This document shows positions 11,705 to 23,300 of a stretch of DNA of 64,000 nt, one piece after another. The stretch comes from Squalus acanthias (lineage: Eukaryota). The position numbers and the translations under genes were made by a program. Numbering within the stretch: the first letter of the stretch is position 1; every line of letters starts with the position of its first letter. The notes below the pieces were generated by a model. The model worked only from the letters and a program-made list of their open reading frames with translations. It made no database searches and had not been told where the DNA came from. The stretch covers positions 310,001-374,000 of the forward strand of contig JASTWF010000171.1 of NCBI GenBank assembly GCA_030390025.1, written 5' to 3'.

Positions 11705-12620
11705 ATCGATATTAGGTTCGAGCGGGAGAAGGGTGAGTCACAAACCAAGGTTTTAAATTGAGGTAAGGCCGACTTTGGAGGGATGAGTCAAGAATTGACC
11801 ACAATAGACTGGGCAGAACTGTTAACGGGTAAACCTACAGATGAACAGTGGGCGGTGTTCAAAACAGCACTTGGTCGATTACAGGACCTGTCGGGAGCCC
11901 TAAAGGACAAGAGCTCCATGTGTGTAATTAAACAACCTTGGTCAACAAGGGAAGTGAGAGATAGTATAAAATGAAAAGACTGGGCTTATACAAAAGCACA
12001 GAACAGTAGAGATCCCGTGGACTGGGGGAGAGATAAAGAACAGCAAAGGGATGCACAGAAAGTAGTAAGAGCCGCAATAAAGGAATATGAGAAAAAGCTT
12101 GTGAGGAACATCAAGGATAACACTAAAGGTTTTTACAAGGATATTACGAGAAAGAGGGTGGGTAAGAGTAATGTGGGTCCCTTAAAGAGAGATACCGGTG
12201 ATATTGTCATTGGAAATAAGTGACTGGCAGACTTACTAGCTGGCTACTTTGTATTGGTCTTCACAGTAGAGAATGAAGATAACGTGCCAGAGATACAAGG
12301 ACAACTAAAAATAAATCAAGGATAGGAACTAACTAGAACTCGCTCGATTCAGGAATTATTCCCTTGGATTGGGAAATTGCCAATATCACTCCATTATTTC
12401 AGAACAGTGGGAGAGAGAAACCAGGAAATGATGGGCCTGTTAGTTTAACGTCAGTTGTGGGGAAGTTACTAGAATCGATTATTAGGGACAGAGTGATGGA
12501 GCATTTGGGCTAATATGAGCTGATCAGAGAGAGCCAGCTTTGATTTGTAAAGGTTAAGTCATGTCTAACGAAACTAGTTAAATGTATTGAGGAGGTAACT
12601 AACGTGGTCGATGAGGGAGT
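11705..12620 (+). mobile_element. Old degenerate CR1 ORF2 fragment
   Basis: PW..EV..SIK, NIKDNTKGFY and PVSLTSVVGKLLESII remnants with stops. Confidence 0.8.
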
Positions 12621-12744
12621 GTCCTTCATGTTCCTCATATTACTTTTTTGCAGCTCTTACTACTTTCTGTGCATCCCTTTGCTGTTCTTTATATCTCACT
12701 CAGTCCACGGGATCTCTACTGTTCTTTGCTTTTGTAAAAGCCCT

Positions 12745-14625
12745 GTTTATTACTGGGTGTATGGTATATTACTGGGTGTACGGTATATTACTGGGTGTAC
12801 GGTATATTACTGGATGTACGGTATATTACTGGGTGTACGGTATATTACTGGATGTACGGTATATTTCTGGGTGTACGGTATATTACTGGGTGTACGGTAT
12901 AATACTGGGTGTACGGTATGTTACTGGATGTACGGTATATTACTGGGTGTACGGTATATTCCTGCGTGTACGGTTTATTACTGGGTGTACGGTTTATTTC
13001 TGGGTGTACGGTTTATTTCTGGGTGTACGGTTTATTACTGGGTGTATGGTTTATTTCTGGGGGTACGGTTTATTACTGGGTGTGCGGTATATTTCTGGGT
13101 GTACGGTTTATTACTGGGTGTACGGTTTATTACTGGGTGTACGGTTTATTTCTGGGTGTACGGTTTATTACTGGGTGTATGGTTTATTTCTGGGTGTACA
13201 GTTTATTACTGGGTGTACGGTATATAACGGGGGTACGGTATATAACTGGGGGTACGGTATATTCCTGGGTGTACGGTATATTATTGGGTGTACGGTATAT
13301 TACTGGGTGTACGGTATATTACTGAGTGTATGGTTTATTTCTGTGTGTACGGTTTATTACTGGGTGTACGGTTTATTACTAGGTGTACGGTTTATTTCTG
13401 GGTGTAGGGTATATTACTGGGTGTGCGGTTTATTTCTGGGTGTGCGGTTTATTTCTGGGTGTGCGGTTTATTACTGGTGTACGGTTTATTTCTGGGTGTA
13501 CGGTTTATTTCTGGGTGTGCGGTTTATTACTTGATGTATTGTTTGTTACTGGGTGTACGGTTTATTACTGGTGTACGGTTTATTTCTGGATGTACGGTTT
13601 ATTACTGGGTGTACGGTTTATTACTGGGTGTACGGTATATTTCTGGGTGTACGGTATATTTCTGGTGTACAGTTTATTTCTGGGTGTACGGTTTATTTCT
13701 GGGTGTACGGTATATTACTGGGTGCACGGTATATTACTGGGTGCACGGTACATTACTGGGTGTACGGTATATTACTGGGTGTACGGTATATTACTGGGTG
13801 TACGGTATATTTCTGAGTGTACGGTTTATTACTGGGTGTACGGTTTATTACTGGGTGTACGGTATATTACTGGGTGTACGGTTTATTTCTGGGTGTACGG
13901 TATATTACTGGGTGTACGGTATATTACTGGGTGTACGGTATATTTCTGGTGTACGGTTTATTACTGGGTGTACGGTATATTTCTGGTGTACGGTTTATTA
14001 CTGGGTGTACGGTTTGTTACTGGGTGTACGGTTTATTTCTGGGTGTACGGTTTATTACTGGGTGTACGGTATATTACTGGGTGTACGTTTTATTTCTGGG
14101 TGTACGGTTTATTACTGGGTGTACGGTATATTTCTGGGTGTACGGTATTCTGGGTGTACGGTATATTTCTGGTGTACGGTTTATTTCTGGTGTACGGTAT
14201 ATTGCTGGGTGTACGGTATATTACTGGGTGTACGGTACATTACTGGGTGTACGGTATATTACTGGGTGTACGGTACATTACTGGGTGTACGGTACATTAC
14301 TGGGTGTACGGTATATTACTGGGTGTACGATATATTACTGGGTGTACGGTACATTACTGGGTGTACGGTATATTACTGGGTGTACGGTATATTACTGGGT
14401 GTACGGTTTATTTCTGGGTGTACGGTATATTACTTGGTGTACGGTATATTACTGGGTGTACGGTATATTTCTGGTGTACGGTTTACTTCTGGGTGTACGG
14501 TTTATTACTGGGTGTACGGTTTATTACTGGGTGTACGGTATATTACTGGGTGTACGGTATATTACTGGGTGTACGGTATATTTCTGGTGTACGGTTTATT
14601 ACTGGGTCTACGGTTTATTACTGGG
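12745..14625. repeat. 19-bp minisatellite (CTGGGTGTACGGT[A/T]TATT[A/T]), about 100 units
   Basis: Direct reading; 19-aa periodicity in the ORF track equals 3 x 19 nt. Confidence 0.95.
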
Positions 14626-15285
14626 GGGGGGGTGGGCACAGTGTGATGGGTGAATGGGGGAAGGGCTGGGAATGGGACTGAGCAGAGAGCTGTTTCAGAG
14701 GTTTGATTGCCTGCAGTCTACATGTTCTAACCCTCCTCCATTTCACTATGACCCTGCACACACTCTCCTCACTCTCCTTGGTTGCTATGTCTAGTTGTGT
14801 CTGGTCCCACCCACGTCCTTGTCTGCTCGCTGCCCCTCCCTTGTGTTTATCTCTGTTGGAAAGTCACTGAAGTAAGTTTTATAAAGTTGTTGATCAAATC
14901 CACGTCTATACAGCACGGTTCATGTCCCCAGGACACCTCACACCCTGTGAATAATTTGAAACTGTTGTTCTAACATGTAGCCGAGTATCAGGGCTTGAAT
15001 CCTGCCCGCTGAGGTCAACACAATACTGTTACACAACCCTGGCAATCCCCTGTCACAGTCCACAGTCTCTGCACTGGCTGCAGTCCAGCTTCTTCTGAGA
15101 AGCTAATGTTTACTCATTCTGTAACCCTTGCATCGAGCACGGGACTCCCACTCACAGTGTGCGAGTCACAACTGCACCAGACTTGGCCCAGAATCATCTC
15201 CCGATCCCAGCTTCTGTGTTGAGCCTCAGAATGTCACTCAAGGTATCAAACCACAGAAAGTAACTCCTCAGAGTGTCACACCTCA

Positions 15286-15700
15286 GAGATGTGGGCGTCG
15301 CTGGCGAGGACAGCATTTATTGCCCATCTCTGATTGCCCTTGAGAAGGTGGTGGTGAGACACTTCTTGAATACAACTGAGTGACTTGCTCGGCCATTTCA
15401 GAGGGCAGTTAAGAGTCAAACACATTGCTGTGGGTCTGGAGTCACATATAGGCCAGACCGGGTAAGGACGGCAGATTTCCTTCCCTAAAGGACATTCGTG
15501 GACCAGATGGGTTTTTAATGACAATCCAGTAGTTTCATGTTTACTATTACTGAAACTAGCTTTTTCTTAAAAGTCCAGATTTATTTAAAAAAGTTCAATT
15601 TGAAATTTCCCAGCTGCCATGGTGGGATTTGAACTCACATCATTAGTTCCAGTTTACTGGATTACTAGTCCAGTGACCTAACCACTATGCTACCGGACCC
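15286..15700 (-). mobile_element. tRNA-derived SINE with LINE-derived tail
   Basis: Reverse strand has a tRNA-like head (TAGCATAGTGGTTAGG...GTTCAAATCCC) and a 3' tail shared with the LINE end at ~36930-37020. Confidence 0.75.
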
Positions 15701-15949
15701 ACTGCTAATCAAATATCTGACTGACTAAATGTGAAGAATCGAGCATAAAGTACAATGAGAAATCATTGGCCAATTAAATCTGTCACTCAATTTCAAAGTC
15801 AATCAAGTTGCTCAAAATTTCCCTCCCACTGGTGGTGGGACCTTGCTGGTTCAGTCAGGGCAGTGCACAACTCAAAATAACATTAAATAAATCTCACACG
15901 TCTGAAAAAAGCACCCACAAAACTTGGTCACTGAATAATCTCTTCACGT

Positions 15950-16925
15950 AACTGAAGTCCCTCATCCCTGGTACCATTCGAGTAAATCTCCTCTGCACCC
16001 TCTCCAAGGCCTTGACATCCTTCCTAAAGTGTGGCCCCGAATTGGACACAATACTCCAGCTGGGGCCTAATCAGTGATTTATAAACGTTTAGCATAACTT
16101 CCTTGCTTCTGTCTCTATTTATAAAGACAAGGATCCCAAATGGCTTTTTTAACAGCCTTATCAACTTGTCCTGCCACCTTCAATGATCGGTGTACGTTCA
16201 CTCCCAGGTGTCTCTGTTCCTGCTCCACCTTTACAATTGTACCATTTAGTTTATATTGCCTCTCCTCATTATTCCTTCCAGGATGCAGCACTTAAACACT
16301 TCTCTGCATTGCATTTCATCTGCCATGTGTCCGCCCATTTCACCAGTCTGTCCAATGGGATGTTGGCCTTTATCTCGAGGGGGCTGGAATACAAAGTGGA
16401 GGAAGTGATGCTTCAGGTGTCCAGAGCCTTGGTCAGACCCCATCTGGAGTAACTGTGTTCAGTTCTGGGCACCACACCTCAGGAAGGATAGATTGACCTT
16501 GGAGGGGGAGCAGCTCAGATTGACCGGAATTATACCAGGGCTTAAAGGGAGGTTGTGTAAACTTGTCTTGTATTCCCTTGAGTATCGAAGGTTGAGGGGT
16601 GATCTAATCTATTTCCTGTGGTGGGGGAATCAAGAACAAGGGGACTTAATCTTAAAATTAGAGCTGGGCTGTTTCAGAGGGAAATCAGGAAGCAGATTTT
16701 CACAAAGGGTAGTAAACATTTGGAACTCTCTCCCCCAAAGGCTGTGGGTGTTGGTCCCACTGGACAGTTTAAGACTAAGATTGATCGATTTTTTTGGGTA
16801 ACGGTATCAAGGGAGATGGAAAAAGCCGTGAAAATGGAGTAAAGATACAGATCAGCCAGTGATCTAATTGAATGGCGGAGCAGACCAGAGGGGCTGAATG
16901 GCCTCCTCCTGTTCCTCATGTTCTT
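15950..16925. mobile_element. Two CR1 fragments (minus ~15950-16350, plus ~16353-16925)
   Basis: RT C-terminal motifs. The plus copy ends in a CR1 tail directly upstream of the MHC promoter. Confidence 0.8.
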
Positions 16926-16973
16926 CCCTCTGTCACTTTCTGCATCAAACTTATTTCAGTTCAGCTCATCCTG

Positions 16974-17015
16974 CCTGGCAACTGATGACGTGCCTAGCAG
17001 TATTTCTCTGATTGG
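16974..17015 (+). promoter_or_regulatory. MHC X1-X2-Y module (part of the SXY enhanceosome site)
   Basis: CCTGGCAACTGATG (X1, 16974-16987), TGACGT (X2/CRE), CTGATTGG (Y box, 17008-17015) with 20-bp X1-Y spacing. ISRE-like TCACTTTC at 16933-16940. Confidence 0.8.
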
Positions 17016-17337
17016 ACAGTTCACGATGTTTGGAAAGTTTATTTCTGACTCTATAACTCGTGCTCTCTGGGACTCTCCTACCCGGAGCCTGCCGACTCCC
17101 AGCCTGGTTTTATTCTGGTTGGACACAAACATACGTCGAACCAATCAGTACGGAGGTGTCTGAGCGCCCAGGAACATCTGCTGGTTTAATATAGTCAGTC
17201 CAGGGCGCTGCTCAGACTCAGAGCGCAGGGCTCAGGAATCACACGGTCCGCACTGGGCACAGATGACGGTCTGAGCTGCTCGCTTGGAAAAGGATTGTCC
17301 GTAAACTGCTCCTCCCAGCCTGTCGAGGGAAGCAACA

Positions 17338-17386
17338 ATGATTGGACTGATAGTGCTGGCCCTTCTGTGTGGAGGGGTCTCTGCAG
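17338..17386 (+). CDS. MHC class I exon 1 (leader)
   Basis: MIGLIVLALLCGGVSA then CAG|GTGAGT. Confidence 0.9.
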
Positions 17387-20300
17387 GTGAGTAATGGGGT
17401 GTGAGAGGGGCAGTGCCAGGCTGGGTACTGGGCATTAACCCTCGGTCAGTGAGTAATGGGGTGTGAGAGGGGCAGTGCCAGGCTGGGTACTGGGCATTAA
17501 CCCTCGGTCAGTGAGTAATGGGGTGTGAGAGGGGCAGTGCCAGGCTGGGTACTGGGCATTAACCCTCGGTCAGTGAGTAATGGGGTGTGAGAGGGGCAGC
17601 GCCAGGCTGGGTACTGGGCATTAACCCTCGGTCAGTGGGTAATGGGGTGTGAGAGTGGCAGCGCCAGGCTGGGTACTGGGCATTAACCCTCGGTCAGTGG
17701 GTAATGGGGTGTGAGAGGGTCTCAATGCCAGGCTGGGTACTGGGCATTAACCCTCAGTCAGTGGGTAATGGGGTGTGAATGGGTCTCAGTGCCAGGCTGG
17801 GTACTGGGGCTGGAGAAAGAGAGAGACCATGGCGGGGAGTGAGGGACAGGGGCAGTGGGCTGGAGAGTGGAGAGAGAGGTCCACAGGAACAGGAGTAGAG
17901 CATTCAGCCCCTCGAGGCTGTTCCTCCATTCAATTCGATCTTGGTTGATTTGTATCTTAACTCCATTTCCCTGCCTTTGCTCCATATTCCTGATATCCTT
18001 ACCTAACATAAATCCATCGACCTTAGGTCTGAAAGCTCCAGTTGAGCCCCAGCATCCACACCTTTTGGGGCAGACAGTTCCAGATTTCCACTACCCTTTG
18101 TGTGTAAAAGTGCTTCCTGATTCCGCTCCTGAGCGGTCTGGCTCTAATTTTAAGATTCTGTCCCCTCGTTCTCGATTCACCCACCAGAGGCACTAGTTTC
18201 CCCAGATTGATTCTATCAAATCCTTGTAACATTTTAAACACCTCAATTAGATTCCCCCTCAATCTTCTATACTCAAGGGAATACAAGTCTATGCAACCTG
18301 TCCTCATAATTTAACCCTCTAAGCCCCGGTATCACTCTGGATAATCTGCGCTGGATTCCCTCCAAGGCCAGTTTCTCCTGCCTGAGATGCGATGCCCAGA
18401 ACTGAACACAGTTACTCCAGATGGGGTCTAACCACTCGGTCCAGCTGTAACAGAACTTCCAGCCCTTGTATTCCAGCCCTCGAGATAAAGGCCAACATTC
18501 CATGAGCTTTTCCCAATCCTTATTGTACCTGTCCACTGGCTTTTAATGATTTCTCCATGTGCTCCTCCACAGGTCAGAGTTTCCCACCATGTAGAATATA
18601 TTCAGATTGATCTTTCTTAGCTCCAAAGTGGATGAGCTCTCACTTGCCCACATTGAGGTCCATCTGCCACAGTTTTTCCCGCTCACTTACTCTCTCAATG
18701 ACCCTTTGCAACTTGCTGCCCCAATCTACACAATTTACTGGGTCACCTGACTTAGTGTCGTCAGCAAACTGAGATATACAAGTGTCTGGGGGTTAACTTC
18801 GGGAGCCCCCCGCCCCCAACACTGTGTTAACAACCCGCGCTCAAACACTGAGGTCTGAGAAGCCCGCGGATTCTTGGCCTCGGACCCCAGTGCACTGGAG
18901 ATGGCACCTCAGGAGGAGGCCGCGCAGGTCAGTGCTCCAGGTTACAGTAAGGGATGGGCCTGGGTCGCGGGGGTCTGGAGGAGGAACGGGTGGGCCTCGG
19001 AGTCCCTGATCAGGGATCGGGGAGGGAGATTGCAGGACACGGGACTCATCAGGACTACCATCGGGGGGTTGGGATTACTGTCGGGGTTTGGGAAGGAAGA
19101 TTGGTGGCCCCGGATGTCTCTCTCTCTCTGTCTGTTGGATTGGGGGTGTGGGGTTGGTGTTTTGGGGTTCATGCCCTGATGTCTGTGTGTGTGTGGGGTT
19201 GGTGTTTTGGGGTTCACGCCCTGATGTCTGTGTGTGTGTGGGGTTGGTGTTTTGGGGTTCACGCCCTGATGTCTGTGTGTGTGGGTGGTTGGTGTTTTGG
19301 GGTTCATGCCCTGATGTCTGTGTGTGTGTGGGGTTGGTGTTTTGGGGTTCATGTCCTGATGTCTGTCTGTGTGTGTGTGTGGGGTTGGTGTTTTGGGGTT
19401 CATGCCCTGATGTCTGTGTGTGTGTGGGGTTGGTGTTTTGGGGTTCACGCCCTGATGTCTGTGTGTGTGTGGGGTTGGTGTTTTGGGGTTCATGTCCTGA
19501 TGTCTGTGTGGGGGGGTTGGTGTTTTGGGGTTCATGCCCTGATGTCTGTGTGTGTGTGGGGGTTGGTGTTTTGGGGTTCATGCCCTGATGTCTGTGTGTG
19601 TGGGGGTTGGTGTTTTGGGGTTCATGCCCTGATGTCTGTGTGTGTGTGGGGGGGTTGGTGTTTTGGGGTTCATGCCCTGATGTCTGTGTGTGGGGGGTTG
19701 GTGTTTTGGGGTTCATGTCCTGATGTCTGTGTGTGTGTGGGGGGTTGGTGTTTTGGGGTTCATGCCCTGATGTCTGTGTGTGGGGGGTTGGTGTTTTGGG
19801 GTTCATGTCCTGATGTCTGTGTGTGTGGGGGTTGGTGTTTTGGGGTTCATGTCCTGATGTCTGTGTGTGTGTGGGGGGTTGGTGTTTTGGGGTTCATGTC
19901 CTGATGTCTGTGTGTGTGGGGGTTGGTGTTTTGGGGTTCATGTCCTGATGTCTCTGTGTGTGTGGGGGTTGGTGTTTTGGGGTTCATGCCCTGATGTCTG
20001 TGTGTGTGGGGGTTGGTGTTTTGGGGTTCATGTCCTGATGTCTGTGTGTGGGGGGGTTGGTGTTTTGGGGTTCATGCCCTGATGTCTGTGTGTGTGTGGG
20101 GGTTGGTGTTTTGGGGTTCATGCCCTGATGTCTGTGTGTGTGGGGGTTGGTGTTTTGGGGTTCATGCCCTGATGTCTGTGTGTGTGGGGGGTTGGTGTTT
20201 TGGGGTTCATGCCCTGATGTCTGTGTGTGTGGGGGTTGGTGTTTTGGGGTTCATGCCCTGATGTCTCTGTGTGTGGGGGGTTGGTGTTTTGGGGTTCATG

Positions 20301-23300
20301 CCCTGATGTCTGTGTGTGTGGGGGGTTGGTGTTTTGGGGTTCATGCCCTGATGTCTGTGTGTGTGGGGGTTGGTGTTTTGGGGTTCATGCCCTGATGTCT
20401 GTGTGTGTGTGGGGTTGGTGTTTTGGGGTTCATGCCCTGATGTCTGTGTGTGTGTGGGGTTGGTGTTTTGGGGTTCATGCCCTGATGTCTGTGTGTGGGG
20501 GGTTGGTGTTTTGGGGTTCATGCCCTGATGTCTGTGTGTGTGTGGGGGTTGGTGTTTTGGGGTTCATGCCCTGATGTCTGTGTGTGTGTGGGGTTGGTGT
20601 TTTGGGGTTCATGTCCTGATGTCTGTGTGTGTGTGGGGGTTGGTGTTTTGGGGTTCATGCCCTGATGTCTGTGTGTGTGGGGGGTTGGTGTTTTGGGGTT
20701 CATGCCCTGATGTCTGTGTGTGTGTGGGGTTGGTGTTTTGGGGTTCATGCCCTGATGTCTGTGTGTGGGGGGTTGGTGTTTTGGGGTTCATGCCCTGATG
20801 TCTCTGTGTGTGGGGGGTTGGTGTTTTGGGGTTCATGCCCTGATGTCTGTGTGTGTGGGGTTGGTGTTTTGGGGTTCATGCCCTGATGTCTGTGTGTGGG
20901 GGGTTGGTGTTTTGGGGTTCATGTCCTGATGTCTGTGTGTGTGTGTGGGGGTTGGTGTTTTGGGGTTCATGCCCTGATGTCTGTGTGTGTGGGGGGTTGG
21001 TGTTTTGGGGTTCATGCCCTGATGTCTGTGTGTGTGTGGGGTTGGTGTTTTGGGGTTCATGCCCTGATGTCTGTGTGTGGGGGGTTGGTGTTTTGGGGTT
21101 CATGTCCTGATGTCTGTGTGTGTGGGGGTTGGTGTTTTGGGGTTCATGCCCTGATGTCTGTGTGTGTGGGGGGTTGGTGTTTTGGGGTTCATGCCCTGAT
21201 GTCTGTGTGTGGGGGGTTGGTGTTTTGGGGTTCATGCCCTGATGTCTGTGTGTGTGGGGGTTGGTGTTTTGGGGTTCATGCCCTGATGTCTGTGTGTGTG
21301 GGGGGTTGGTGTTTTGGGGTTCATGCCCTGATGTCTGTGTGTGGGGGGTTGGTGTTTTGGGGTTCATGTCCTGATGTCTGTGTGTGTGGGGGTTGGTGTT
21401 TTGGGGTTCATGTCCTGATGTCTGTGTGTGTGTGGGGTTGGTGTTTTGGGGTTCATGTCCTGATGTCTGTGTGTGTGGGGGTTGGTGTTTTGGGGTTCAT
21501 GTCCTGATGTCTGTGTGTGTGTGGGGTTGGTGTTTTGGGGTTCATGTCCTGATGTCTGTGTGTGTGTGGGGTTGGTGTTTTGGGGTTCATGTCCTGATGT
21601 CTGTGTGTGTGGGGGTTGGTGTTTTGGGGTTCATGCCCTGATGTCTGTGTGTGTGGGGGGTTGGTGTTTTGGGGTTCATGTCCTGATGTCTGTGTGTGTG
21701 TGGGGTTGGTGTTTTGGGGTTCATGCCCTGATGTCTGTGTGTGTGGGGGTTGGTGTTTTGGGGTTCATGCCCTGATGTCTGTGTGTGTGGGGGTTGGTGT
21801 TTTGGGGTCATGCCCTGATGTCTGTGTGTGTGTGGGGTTGGTGTTTTGGGGTTCATGCCCTGATGTCTGTGTGTGTGGGGTTGGTGTTTTGGGGTTCATG
21901 TCCTGATGTCTGTGTGTGTGTGGGGTTGGTGTTTTGGGGTTCATGTCCTGATGTCTGTGTGTGTGGGGGTTGGTGTTTTGGGGTTCATGTCCTGATGTCT
22001 GTGTGTGGGGGGTTGGTGTTTTGGGGTTCATGTCCTGATGTCTGTGTGTGTGTGTGGGGTTGGTGTTTTGGGGTCCATGCCCTGATGTCTGTGTGTGGGG
22101 GGTTGGTGTTTTGGGGTTCATGCCCTGATGTCTGTGTGTGTGGGGTTGGTGTTTTGGGGTTCATGCCCTGATGTCTGTGTGTGGGGGGTTGGTGTTTTGG
22201 GGTTCATGCCCTGATGTCTGTGTCTGTGTGTGTGGGGTTGGTGTTTTGGGGTTCATGTCCTGATGTCTGTGTGTGTGTGGGGGGTTGGTGTTTTGGGGTT
22301 CATGCCCTGATGTCTGTGTGTGTGTGGGGGGTTGGTGTTTTGGGGTTCATGTCCTGATGTCTGTGTGTGTGGGGGGTTGGTGTTTTGGGGTTCATGCCCT
22401 GATGTCTGTGTGTGGGGGGGGGGTTGGTGTTTTGGGGTTCATGCCCTGATGTCTGTGTGTGTGGGGGGTTGGTGTTCATGTCCTGATGTCTGTGTGTGTG
22501 GGTTTGGTGTTTTGGGGTTCATGCCCTGATGTCTGTGTGTGTGGGGTTGGTGTTTTGGGGTTCACGCCCTGATGTCTGTGTGTGTGGGGTTGGTGTTTTG
22601 GGGTCCATGCCCTGATGTCTGTGTGTGTGTGTGGTTGGTGTTTTGGGGTTCATGCCCTGATGTCTGTGTGTGTGTGGGGGGTTGGTGTTCATGTCCTGAT
22701 GTCTGTGTGTGTGGGGGGGTTGGTGTTTTGGGGTTCATGCTCTGATGTCTGTGTGTGTGTGGGGGGTTGGTGTTTTGGGGTTCATGTCCTGATGTCTCTG
22801 TGTGTGGGGTTGGTGTTTTGGGGTTCATGTCCTGATGTCTGTGTGTGGGGGGTTGGTGTTTTGGGGTTCATGCCCTGATGTCTGTGTGTGTGTGGGGGTT
22901 GGTGTTTTGGGGTTCATGTCCTGATGTCTCTGTGTGTGTGTGGGGTTGGTGTTTTGGGGTTCATGTCCTGATGTCTGTGTGTGTGGGGTTGGTGTTTTGG
23001 GGTTCATGCCCTGATGTCTGTGTGTGGGGGGTTGGTGTTTTGGGGTTCATGCCCTGATGTCTGTGTCTGTGTGTGTGGGGTTGGTGTTTTGGGGTTCATG
23101 TCCTGATGTCTGTGTGTGTGTGGGGGGTTGGTGTTTTGGGGTTCATGTCCTGATGTCTGTGTGTGTGGGGGGTTGGTGTTTTGGGGTTCATGCCCTGATG
23201 TCTGTGTGTGGGGGGGTTGGTGTTTTGGGGTTCATGCCCTGATGTCTGTGTGTGGGGGGTTGGTGTTTTGGGGTCCATGTCCTGATGTCTGTGTGTGTGT

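Noticed and set aside
12604-14681. Long hydrophobic ORFs (GVRYITGCTVYYW...)
   Set aside because: Translations of a 19-bp repeat, open in all three frames
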